Source: Octopus bimaculoides (lineage: Eukaryota). From it: 64,000 bases of DNA. The stretch covers positions 10,419,496 through 10,483,495 of the forward strand of contig NC_068987.1 in NCBI RefSeq assembly GCF_001194135.2, written 5' to 3'. The position numbers and the translations under genes were made by a program. Shown in pieces: positions 24,182 to 34,700 of this stretch. The notes beneath the pieces were generated by a model, which was not told the DNA's origin, ran no database searches, and saw nothing but the letters and a program-made list of their open reading frames with translations. How positions within the stretch are numbered: the first letter of the stretch is position 1; every line of letters starts with the position of its first letter.

Positions 24182-24612
24182 CGTAGGAATGGCTGTGTGG
24201 TAAGTAGCTTGCTTACCAACCACATGGTTCCGGGTTCATTCCCACTGCATGGCACCTTGGGCAAGTGTCTTCTACTATAGCCTCGGGCCGACCAAAGCCT
24301 TGTGAGTGGATTTGGTAGACGGAAACTGAAAGAAGCCTGTCGTATATATGTATATATATATATATGTTTGTATGTCTGTGTTTGTTTGTGTGTGTGTGTA
24401 TATGTTTGTGTGTCTGTGTTTGTCCCCCCTACCCTAACATCGCTTGACAACTGATACTGGTGTGTTTACGTCCCCGTAACTTAATGGTTCGGCAAAAGAG
24501 ACCGATAGAATAAGTACTAGGCTTACAAAGAATAACTCCCGGGGTCGATTTGCTCGACTAAAGGTGGTGCTCCAGCATGGCCACAGTCAAATGACTGAAA
24601 CAAGTAAAAGAG
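24180..24612 (+). mobile_element. Family A composite SINE, full length: tRNA-like head + CCTTGGGCAAGT core-like motif + internal (TA)/(TG) microsatellite + 3' module
   Basis: A-box-like TGGCTGTGTGG, B-box-like GGGTTCATTCCC, internal microsatellite at about 24343-24415, 3' end ...CAGTCAAATGACTGAAACAAGTAAAAGAG. More than 10 related copies in the window. Confidence 0.9.
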
Positions 24613-24859
24613 TATATGTATGNNNNNNNNNNNNNNNNNNNNNNNNNNNNNNNNNNNNNNNNNNNNNNNNNNNNNNNNNNNNNNNNNNNNNNNNNNNNNN
24701 NNNNNNNNNNNNNNNNNNNNNNNNNNNNNNNNNNNNNNNNNNNNNNNNNNNNNNNNNNNNNNNNNNNNNNNNNNNNNNNNNNNNNNNNNNNNNNNNNNNN
24801 NNNNNNNNNNNNNNNNNNNNNNNNTGTGTGTGTGTGTATGTATTGTATGTATGGGTGAA

Positions 24860-25310
24860 GTGCAACAACAAGATTACATGGCCACAAAAGTGAAGACCAC
24901 CTCTGCACAGACCCATTTAATTCAAACACTGTTACAAATCTCATAACGGAGTTTGAAGAAGCAAATTCTTTGATCGATGCTTTAAGGGCAGCTCAACCCT
25001 AAATCGAAGAAGAAAAAAGAAAGGGGTTAGGAAACCATCTCAAGATGTACAAAATTGAAAAGAAATTGGCCATGCATAATTCCACTTTTATAAGCAGAGC
25101 ATGTGACATTGCAGATGAAATTTATGCAGATTACTCCTTTCATGTGGTTTATGGCCAACCAAGATTTCTTTGCTGCAGTCAATTAAACATGAAGAATCGG
25201 GGAAAAGGCTTTAGAATTTGTTCATGGATTTTGAATAATCAAAATTTACTTAATCGTATTTTGGGGTCAAATGAACCTTATTTTCCCCTGGATCAGCTGG
25301 TTCATCACTG
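24860..25310 (+). pseudogene. Decayed Tc1/mariner-superfamily transposase fragment
   Basis: FEEANSLIDALR (cf. KFE.TGS..D..RSGRP) and LLNRILGSNEPYFPLD (cf. FL..I.WSDEAHF.L.G). Confidence 0.45.
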
Positions 25311-25339
25311 TATTTGTAACATTTGACCTCACAAAAACT

Positions 25340-25905
25340 AATCGTTTTATTTGTCATTGTTGTTGTTGTTGTTGTTGTTGTCATTATCATTGCCATCGTC
25401 ATCATTATCATTATCGTCATTGTAGTTGCTGTCGTCATCGTTGTCGTCGTTGTCATCATCATCATCGTCATCATCATCGTTGTCATCATAGTTGTCATCA
25501 TTGTTTTGTTTGTCAGCATCATCGTTGCCATTGTCATCATCATCATTGTTATCATCGTCATCATCATTGTTGTCATCATTGTCATCGTCGTTGTCGTCAT
25601 CATTATCATTGAAGTCATCGTTGTCATCTTTGTCATCTTTGTCAGCGTCATCATTGCCATTGTCATCATCGTCATTGTTATCATCATTGTCATCATTGTT
25701 GTCATCATTGTCATCGTCGTTGTCGTCGTCATCATCATTGAAGTCATCATTGTCATCATTGTCTTCTTTGTCATCGTCATCATTGCCATAGTCATCATCA
25801 TCGTTGTTATCATCATTGTCATCCTTGTCGTTGTTGTCATCCTTGTCGTTGTTGTCATCCTTGTCGTTGTTGTCATCATCATTGACATCCTCCTCATCAT
25901 CATCA
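25340..25905. repeat. Cryptic trinucleotide array (CAT/CGT/TGT) with ~129-bp higher-order period
   Basis: Landmarks GTCAGC.TCATC.TTGCCATTG (25512, 25641) and CATTGAAGTCATC (about 25607, 25737). Confidence 0.9.
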
Positions 25906-26040
25906 TTTAAAATCCACATTCCATGCTGGCATGGGTTGGACAGGTTCAGCATGAACCAACGACCCAGAGAACTGTGCCAAGCTTTAATGTCTGCTTTGGC
26001 AGAGTCCCTATGGCTGGATGTCCTTCCAGATACTACCACA
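25906..26040 (-). mobile_element. Retroposon 3' end with family-B-type tail
   Basis: TTCCATGCTGGCATGGGTTGGACAGG...GGCTGGATGTCCTTCC. Confidence 0.6.
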
Positions 26041-26089
26041 TTAAAGGATATAACAGAGGATATACGACAGAAAGTAGAAAAATAAATAA

Positions 26090-26500
26090 TAAATAAATAA
26101 ACAGAATCCCCAATAACGAGGCAGTCTAATTGGGGTAATCCAGAGTAAACTCCGCACAAAAATCCTTGATTACTCTGCCATCTCCAAGGGATGGGAAAGG
26201 GCCCTCTTCCAGTTTCTTTCCTCCTGTTTAGAAAAGCATATTGAGAGTAGATCCATTCAGTCTCCCCATTCTTGCCACTGTTGTCCACCTTTTGATAAAC
26301 GCACACTAGAGGGCAGCACCTCCCACTCTACCCTCACCTTCCTCTTCAAATGATATTTGAAGAAAATGATGAGGGCTTGACTAGATAGGAATGTGCCTGT
26401 CTTTAAACCTTTCAGACAGGTCCACCACACAGTCTCTTTTGTTACAGCCACGAAGCAGAGAAAGATCCTCCTTCCTTTTCTGTTAAGGGAAGGTGGGTTG
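26090..26500 (-). pseudogene. Probable Tx1/L1-like LINE ORF2 C-terminal remnant
   Basis: Minus-strand FLCFVAVTKETVWWTCLKGLKTGTFLSSQALIIFFKYHLKRKVRVE reads like a Tx1-type C-terminus; recognition from memory only. Confidence 0.4.
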
Positions 26501-26584
26501 TTTTCCTGCTAATGGCTTAGGGCAACTGGCACAATGCAGTGAGTGCCTGGCAACATTCTAGATGCCAAACGCCCAACCTTGGCC

Positions 26585-26635
<51 letters not shown>

Positions 26636-26836
26636 GAGGAGAAGATGGCAAGAATATGTTGAAGAAGTGGAGCAAGATTTTCTCAGGAAATGTAAAAGAT
26701 GGAAATTGAGATGTTCTCTTGAAAGGAAATACCATTCTGAAGATTGTAAGGAAGGTTTGTAAATAATCAGTTGACAGGGATATGCTGCTGTTGCCGCTCT
26801 TGATGATGATGGTGATGATGATGATGACGATGGTGG

Positions 26837-26882
<46 letters not shown>

Positions 26883-26929
26883 GATGATGATGATGGTGAT
26901 GGTGATGATGATGATGATGATGGTGGTGG

Positions 26930-26973
<44 letters not shown>

Positions 26974-27157
26974 GGGATGATGATGGGGATGANNNNNNNN
27001 NNGTACGACCGTCTGTACAATCATTGCTTCTTCTTGAATCTCAGGGGGGTTTTTTTATCATTGAAACTTGGTTTTTCGAGGATGGGGTTGGGATTGAGGG
27101 GTGGGTGGGGAGAAATGGAGACTTGAACCGATTCTGTAAGTTTCTCATTACCAAACG

Positions 27158-27536
27158 TGTTTCAGTCATTTGACTGTGGCCATACTGGAGCACCACCTTT
27201 AGTTGAACAAATCAACCACAGGACTTATTCTTTATAAGCCTTGTACTTATTCTATTGGTCTCTTTTGTCGAACTGCTAGCTTACAGGGACATAACCACGC
27301 CAATATCAGTTGTCAAGTGATGGTGGGTGGAAAAATACAGACACACACACAAATATATATATATATATATAGGCGCAGGAGTGGCTGTGTGGTAAGTAGC
27401 TTGCTTACCAACCACATGGTTCCAGGTTCAGTCCCACTGCGTGGCACCTTGGGCAAGTGTCTTCTACTATAGCCTCAGGCCAACCAAAGCCTTGTGAGTG
27501 GATTTGGTAGACGGAAACTGAAAGAAGCCTGTCGTA
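27158..27536. mobile_element. Two family A SINE parts back to back: - strand 3' module (27158-27350) and + strand 5' module (27372-27536)
   Basis: Direct match to 24180-24612 in opposite orientations, separated by (TA)n. Confidence 0.85.
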
Positions 27537-28011
27537 CATAAGTATATATATATATANNNNNNNNNNNNNNNNNNNNNNNNNNNNNNNNNNNNNNNNNNNN
27601 NNNNNNNNNNNNNNNNNNNNNNNNNNNNNNNNNNNNNNNNNNNNNNNNNNNNNNNNNNNNNNNNNNNNNNNNNNNNNNNNNNNNNNNNNNNNNNNNNNNN
27701 NNNNNNNNNNNNNNNNNNNNNNNNNNNNNNNNNNNNNNNNNNNNNNNNNNNNNNNNNNNNNNNNNNNNNNNNNNNNNNNNNNNNNNNNNNNNNNNNNNNN
27801 NNNNNNNNNNNNNNNNNNNNNNNNNNNNNNNNNNNNNNNNNNNNNNNNNNNNNNNNNNNNNNNNNNNNNNNNNNNNNNNNNNNNNNNNNNNNNNNNNNNN
27901 NNNNNNNNNNNNNNNNNNNNNNNNNNNNNNNNNNNNNNNNNNNNNNNNNNNNNNNNNNNNNNNNNNNNNNNNNNNNNNNNNNNNNNNNNNNNNNNNNNNN
28001 NNNNNNNNNNN

Positions 28012-28692
28012 AGAATATATGATAACCAGATGGGGCAATGTCCAGCGAATTTGGTGGGTGGAGCATCGTTTCCCATTCAAACTGCTCCAGCCTTTGGAAT
28101 TCTCATCCTCACCGTATGTGGCTGAGCATTATCCTGATGGAAGAACACCTTTCGTCTTGAAACCAAAGATGGTCATTTTCCAATGGCATGTAGGTGTCGA
28201 TGAATGGCTGAACGATCAAATCCAAGCTTCTCTACAAGTTCCTCAACAGTTATGATGGGATTTTGTTCTACCCAGGTTTGCAGGGCATGTTCATCGAGCT
28301 CTACAGATCTTCCAGGATGAAGTATGTCTTCTTGGCAGTAGTTTCTGGCTTAGACTTTTGGAACCACTGGCTTAGACTTTCTGGAACCACTGGCTTATGC
28401 TTATTGTCCAATCCCCATATATTCCTCACACTTTCTGTTGTGTTGTTGCCTTTACTGAACTCATAAAGCAAAATATGCTGAATATTCTCCTTTGTCACTT
28501 CCATTACAGCTTTGAAAAAAATAACGGTTAAAATCAAACTGCACTCTTCAAAACTTGCACTAAGAATAAGCACAAGGTAAAATTACTACCTGCTTTTATA
28601 ACAAGTTGATGCAGGTAGTTTATCCCATCCCTCTCTGACTTTTAGTTGATGGAATTTTAAAAAAACTGCATTATTTATGGAATGACCCAATA
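28012..28692 (-). pseudogene. Internally deleted mariner (DD34D-type) transposon with left TIR
   Basis: MEVTKENIQHILLYEFSKGNN, VEQNPIITVEELVEKLGFDRSAIHRHL and QDNAQPH...HPPNSLDIAPSGYHIF. Terminus TA-TTGGGTCATTCCATAAA at 28692. Confidence 0.85.
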
Positions 28693-29299
28693 TATATTAA
28701 TTATATATGCACAAGTGCATCTATGATGTCAAAAATGGTGACAGCTTTATTAATTATAGAAACCGGCACATGAGTTCCAAACAATAGGTGAAACCGTTGA
28801 TAAGTTTCTAATCTAAAGACTTCAAATTTTGTATTTAATAGTAAAGTATTAGTTTGGTCTCAACTAAAAGGCAGAAACCATTAATTCATAGATGCGACAG
28901 TACATACTGTCTATCAAAAACGATGTCTCATATTGGTGTATAAATACATAAACATTTACGCCATGAAAAAAAATCAACAGCTTTATTATTATTATTTTTT
29001 TTTAGTTTACTTCTAACATGTTTAACTGGTGCATTGAATGGTTTAATGTTAGTTATAAAAAGCGAATTGAAAATGCTGATAGTATATTTACAAAAATATT
29101 ACAACATTATTCACAAAACGTTGAACGATTGGTTTGTTTCCTTTTTTTTCTTTTTCTCTTTTTTTTTTTTGTTTTTTTTATGTATCAAAATGGTAAAAAC
29201 GAAAAGAAAGGAATTGGAATTGATGGAGAATATTTGGTTTTTGTTTATACACAGCTACATACCTCAGTCTAAGCACATTGATGTACGCGTGCATATATA

Positions 29300-29330
<31 letters not shown>

Positions 29331-29576
29331 ATATTCATGTATATGCATATATGTATATATACACATACACACACACATGGTGTACATACATCAATGCAAG
29401 AATGTACACCTTTTAAAAATTTTACTNNNNNNNNNNNNNNNNNNNNNNNNNNNNNNNNNNNNNNNNNNNNNNNNNNNNNNNNNNNNNNNNNNNNNNNNNN
29501 NNNNNNNNNNNNNNNNNNNNNNNNNNCTGTGTTTGTCCCCCCAACATCGCTTGACAACCGATGGTGGTGTATTTAG

Positions 29577-29679
29577 TGTGTGAATCTGAGATGATAATAT
29601 GTTGAACAAAATCATAATTAACTGATCCTCCTGTATTTTCTGTTATCCAAAGCCAGGAACTTTTCAGCACCCCCTCATA
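29577..29679 (-). mobile_element. Mariner-type terminal fragment (TIR)
   Basis: Minus strand TATGAGGGGGTGCTGAAAAGTTCCTGGCTTT is a mariner-like TA-flanked terminus. Confidence 0.55.
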
Positions 29680-29998
29680 TTTCTGCAAACATATAGAGAG
29701 CAAAGGGCTAAACAGATCGCAGACATATTCTTCTAGAACTTACTACTATCATCACCATTGATTTAACATTTAGTCTTTTTATTTATGAGTTTGTTTTCCT
29801 AAAACATACATTATATAAACAATAACATCATTGGTTATAGATTTCCAATGAGACAATCATTGATTCGCTGAATCGGTAATAGTGAAAGTGACAAGAGAGC
29901 ATTGGTGCAACTGGGGTAGATTAACTAGTGTCAAGTCCTTTTGTTCCACACACCAGTTTATCGACTTTCTAACGCACACACACACAATAATATATAAG

Positions 29999-30208
29999 AA
30001 AATGAGATCACAACTTCAATAGCTTACAACCGTTTCTGCTATAAGATGCAGTGGACTCATATTTGAGTGCCTGAGTAACACCTTATAGCTTCATCAGAGC
30101 CTCAAATGATGAAGTTATAAGGTGGTACTCAAGCTCTGAACTATGAATCCAACGCATCTGATAGCAGAAACAGCTGTAAGCTAATGAAGTTCATGAGATA
30201 ATCATTTT
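29999..30208. repeat. Imperfect ~100-bp-arm palindrome, each arm a hammerhead-like / PLE pseudo-LTR-like segment
   Basis: Arms 29999-30095 and 30108-30208 are about 80% reverse-complementary by eye, with a 12-nt spacer. Confidence 0.85.
30020..30101 (-). ncRNA. Hammerhead-like motif (type I) with long stem II
   Basis: GGCT-CTGATGA-A-GCTATAAG...CTTATAGC-A-GAAAC-GGTT-GTA|AGCT. Perfect 8-bp stem II and 4-bp stem I; non-canonical extra A before G12. Confidence 0.5.
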
Positions 30209-30222
30209 ATTTCTTTGTCATC

Positions 30223-30372
30223 TCATTTTCTTATTACCACTCTGTACTCAGCCATAGCTATTGCTTCTAATTTTGACATTTTATTTTGCATTTGGCTATA
30301 TGTTTGTGAAAGTAGTGCTATATCATCTGCAAAGTTGAGATCTTCTAGAGCTTCTGCATCCATCCATTCAAT
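30223..30372 (-). pseudogene. RTE LINE RT segment (FADD motif), inverted relative to the adjacent 3' segment
   Basis: WMDAEALEDLNFADDIALLSQTYSQMQNKM (ORF track 30223-30534). Confidence 0.85.
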
Positions 30373-30845
30373 AAAAAACAAAATAAGAATTTTTAATACT
30401 AACGTAAAAGCTGTGTTATTGTATGAGGCTGAGACATGGTGAACAACAGTTAAGTCAAATAAGCAAATACAATCATTCATCAACAGATGCTTGCATAGTA
30501 TACTTAATATCGGATGGCCTGAACACAAAAGCAATATGGAGCTATGGCAAAGAACGAATCAAGTTTCAATTACGGAGCAAATATTTAAGAAAAAGTGGAA
30601 GTGGATTGGTAGCACAATTATAAAAGACACCAAATGTAGCGAAAAGTGCTTTACGGTGGAATCCGGATGGATATAGAAAGAAAGGTAGGCCTAAGAACTC
30701 GTGGCGTAAATCAACACAAAAGGAACTAGAGAAAGGGGGACATTCATGGCCGAGTATAAGTACAGAAGCGAAAAATTATGCGACATGGAATTCAATTATA
30801 AGTGGCCTATACTCCGTGTTGGAGGGTTAAAGGCAAGAAAAAAGA
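30373..30845 (+). pseudogene. RTE LINE ORF C-terminus and 3' end
   Basis: KIRIFNTNVKAVLLYEAETW*...FINRCL..IL.I.WP...SN.ELWQRTNQ...KWKWIG...ALRWNPDGYRKKGRPKNSWRKS...SGLYS, then a purine/A-rich tail. Confidence 0.9.
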
Positions 30846-30935
30846 AAAAACTCAGCCATAGTTTCATTTTGAAGCATTGCATATCACGTTCTGCATCAGG
30901 TTATTAGTATCACGATGCCTAAGCAATATAAATGT

Positions 30936-31182
30936 AGGTATGTGGCCAAGTAGTTAGGCTGTTACACTCATGATTACTAGTTCGTGGGTTTGAATCCCAG
31001 ACTGGGCAGCATGCTGTGTTCTTGAGCAAAGCACTTCATTTCACATTGCTCCAGTCCATTCAGCTGGCAAAAATGAGTAACGCTGCGATGGACTGGCGTC
31101 CCGTCCAGCTGGGGAACACATATGCCATTGAAACTGGGAAACTGGGTCCATGAGCCTGGCTAGGCTTTAAAAGGGCACATTT
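30936..31182 (+). mobile_element. Family F tRNA-headed SINE
   Basis: TGTGGCCAAGTAGTTAGG...GGGTTTGAATCCC, central GTGTTCTTGAGCAAAGCACTTCATTTCACATTGCTCCAGTCCATTCAGCTGGCAAAAATG shared with family E, then CTGCGATGGACTGGCGTCCCGTCCAG. Confidence 0.75.
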
Positions 31183-31185
31183 ATC

Positions 31186-31335
31186 TGTGGAGGTGCAATG
31201 GCTCAGTGGTTAAGGCAGTGGACTTGCGGTCGAAGGATCGCGGTTTCGATTCCCAGACCAGGAGCTGTGTGTGTTTATTGAGTGAAAACACCTAAATCTC
31301 CACGAGGCTCCAGCAGGGGGTCGTGATGACCCCTG
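31186..31335 (+). mobile_element. Family D SINE 5' part, runs into gap
   Basis: Matches the reverse complement of 3560-3710. Confidence 0.8.
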
Positions 31336-32079
31336 NNNNNNNNNNNNNNNNNNNNNNNNNNNNNNNNNNNNNNNNNNNNNNNNNNNNNNNNNNNNNNNNN
31401 NNNNNNNNNNNNNNNNNNNNNNNNNNNNNNNNNNNNNNNNNNNNNNNNNNNNNNNNNNNNNNNNNNNNNNNNNNNNNNNNNNNNNNNNNNNNNNNNNNNN
31501 NNNNNNNNNNNNNNNNNNNNNNNNNNNNNNNNNNNNNNNNNNNNNNNNNNNNNNNNNNNNNNNNNNNNNNNNNNNNNNNNNNNNNNNNNNNNNNNNNNNN
31601 NNNNNNNNNNNNNNNNNNNNNNNNNNNNNNNNNNNNNNNNNNNNNNNNNNNNNNNNNNNNNNNNNNNNNNNNNNNNNNNNNNNNNNNNNNNNNNNNNNNN
31701 NNNNNNNNNNNNNNNNNNNNNNNNNNNNNNNNNNNNNNNNNNNNNNNNNNNNNNNNNNNNNNNNNNNNNNNNNNNNNNNNNNNNNNNNNNNNNNNNNNNN
31801 NNNNNNNNNNNNNNNNNNNNNNNNNNNNNNNNNNNNNNNNNNNNNNNNNNNNNNNNNNNNNNNNNNNNNNNNNNNNNNNNNNNNNNNNNNNNNNNNNNNN
31901 NNNNNNNNNNNNNNNNNNNNNNNNNNNNNNNNNNNNNNNNNNNNNNNNNNNNNNNNNNNNNNNNNNNNNNNNNNNNNNNNNNNNNNNNNNNNNNNNNNNN
32001 NNNNNNNNTTCTTCGAAATGTCATCTTTGTTCTCTCGTTCGTCCTCTCCATCACTATCTTATTTACCACCACAACCGCC

Positions 32080-32630
32080 ACCACAACCGCCACCACCACC
32101 ACCACCACCACCACTGTCGTCATCGTTGTTGTTGTTGTCATTGTCATCGTTGTCCTCATCACTGCCGCTATTCTCAGCGCCTTCGTTGCTAAACTGCCAT
32201 ATTGCTTTTTTTCCAGTATCAGCTCAATCGTAACTAACCTTTTCCGTCTCTTCCCTCTCACCCTCGTCCTCCTTCTCACCCTCATCGTCCTCCTCTTCTC
32301 CTCTTCCCCTTTTCCTCCTTCTCCTCCTCCTCCTCACCACCACGACCACCTCCATCACCACCACCACCACCACCACCATTATCATCATCATCATCATCAT
32401 TGTCATCATCATCATCATCATCATCCTTATCATCATCATCATCATCATCATCATCGTCATCATCATCATCATCATCATTGTCATCATCATCATCATCATC
32501 CTTATCATCATCATCATTGTCGTCATCATCATCATCATCATTGTTGTTATCATCATCATCATCATCATCATCACCATCGTCATTGTCATCATCATTATCA
32601 TCACCACCACCACCGCCACCACCACATAAA
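32080..32630. repeat. Compound (CAC)/(CCT)/(CAT)n trinucleotide region
   Basis: Read directly. Confidence 0.9.
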
Positions 32631-32738
32631 GAACAATCCCTTCATCAGTTGTCCACTGTTTTATCTACTCCCCATTTCGATTGAATGCCACGCATCCATT
32701 TCCAAATAAGTTTTATCTAACTATCTCTCAATCTATTA

Positions 32739-32777
<39 letters not shown>

Positions 32778-32884
32778 NNNNNNNNNNNNNNNNNNNNNNN
32801 NNNNNNNNNNNNNNNNNNNNNNNNNNNNNNNNNNNNNNNNNNNNNNNNNNNNNNNNNNNNNNNNNNNNNNNNNNNNNNNNNNNN

Positions 32885-32919
<35 letters not shown>

Positions 32920-33039
32920 TTTTTAAAGTATGAAATAATTCATTTTTGGAACTGGCTCTTGAAGCACATATATGCTACAAATAACAGCATGTAAATATTG
33001 AATTGAGAAACGCTTTGGGAAAGAAAAAGTCCAAGGTTT

Positions 33040-33185
33040 CTTTCAGTTTCAGCTTTAAAAAATCCAGTCACAAGGCTTTGGTCAGCCCAGAGCTATGGTG
33101 GAAAACAATTGCTCAGTGTGCCACACTGGGATTGAACCTATGACCATGTGGCTGGGAAGCAAATTTCTTACCACACTGCCACATG
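33040..33185 (-). mobile_element. Family A SINE 5' module, diverged
   Basis: TTTCAGTTTC...CACAAGGCTTTGGTC...GGGATTGAACC...CTTACCACACTGCCAC. Confidence 0.65.
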
Positions 33186-33763
33186 TGTGCCTAGACCAGT
33201 AGCCAAGCAACTGACAGGCATAAAGTAATTCACTAATACACTTCTGCATCTTTCCCCAAAATGTTCTCTGTCCTTTCACAGCTTTTTACACCACTACTAC
33301 TGTGGCCTCTACTCTTCAAAACAGCCTCACCTGTCTCCCTTTCTGTCATCGTGCACTAAGCCACATTCTGACCTCCACAACCTGTCTATCCAGAAACCTG
33401 TCATGCAAACTTATATATATGAGTGTATATATGAGTGTATATGTGTGTGTATATGTGTGTGTATGTGTGCATGAGAGTGAACACGTTTTTCTCTTGTCTT
33501 CACATATGGTGTGCTGATATTAAACAAAAGCATCATTGACCATACATAAACAGTGTTGTTTGTTTGCAATCCTCCATGAACATCAGAGGAGTGCTCAACC
33601 AGCCGTGAAACGATCCTACAAGAGACTCAGTCCACTCCTTTGTCCATAAATCAATAACAAAGGAAACAATGTATTTACATTCTCGGTTCATCCGCATGGA
33701 TGTTTCCTTGTAATATTTAAATTCAATTCAGTTCTTCTGGTTTAGCTGTGTTTTGCTTTATAT

Positions 33764-33809
<46 letters not shown>

Positions 33810-33894
33810 CAATCATCATCATTTAACACCCGTTTTCCATGCTGGCATGGGTTGGACGGTTTGACTGAAAACTGGTAAGCTGGGGGGGAGCAGC

Positions 33895-34012
33895 ACCAGA
33901 TAAGCCAGTGTCAGCGATGGTTCCAGAAATTCCGAGCCAGAAACTACAGCCTAGAAGACAAACCTCATCCTGGAAGATCTGTAGAGCTCAATGAGGATGT
34001 CCAGCAAACAGG
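33895..34012 (+). pseudogene. Mariner transposase N-terminal fragment (same family as 28012-28692)
   Basis: ISQCQRWFQKFRARNYSLEDKPHPGRSVELNEDVQQT. Confidence 0.75.
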
Positions 34013-34084
34013 ACATTGGTGTGTTGCCTTGGTGGAAGCTTGTGCTCTCAGAGTGCTCTTGTTAATAAATTTTATTAAAAGAGA

Positions 34085-34250
34085 ACAGCAAACTGGCAGA
34101 ATGGTTAGCATACCAGAAAAAATGCTTTGTGGAATTTCGTCCCCCTTTACATTCTGAGTTCAAATAAGTACCAGTCATGAACTGGGGTCAATGTAATTGA
34201 CTATTCCCCTCCTCCACAGTTGCTGGCCTTGTGCCAAGATTTGAAGCCAA
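34085..34250 (+). mobile_element. Family G SINE, diverged with deleted core
   Basis: AACTGGCAGAATGGTTAGCATACCAG...CTGAGTTCAAAT/AAGTACCAG...GGGGTCAATGTAATTGACT. Confidence 0.55.
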
Positions 34251-34559
34251 TTTACTGCATAATTGCTCATGGATAAGTGCAACATTAAAGATGTTAATAA
34301 ATTTGATTTTGGTTGTTGTTCTTCTCACTGTCGCTGTCGCTATCATTGTTTTTTGTTATTGTTGTAGTTGTCACATACATAAGTATTGCCTTTTTTGTTG
34401 TAGTTACCAGTTGTGTGTATGTGTGTGTGTATGTGTGTACCCTTACCTTGAGATGATGTGATGGTTGTAAATGAACATCCTTGTCATACAAGTGAGGTTG
34501 TTTTGTTTCCAGTCTTCTATGAAAAAGAAACATGTCTAGCTTCTGATGAAATACTAAGC

Positions 34560-34700
34560 TGCTTGGAGAGACAGGTGAGGGTTAGCAGCAGGAAGAGCAT
34601 CCGACTGTCGAAATTTTGCTTCGACAAATTCTGTCTGACTCTTGCAAGCATGGAAAAGCAAACGGTAAATGATGATGATGACGATGACGACGATAACCAC
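34560..34700 (+). mobile_element. Retroposon 3' end with family-B-type tail and (GAT)n
   Basis: CAGGAAGAGCATCCGACTG...GCAAGCATGGAAAAGCAAACGGTAAATGATGATG. Confidence 0.6.
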
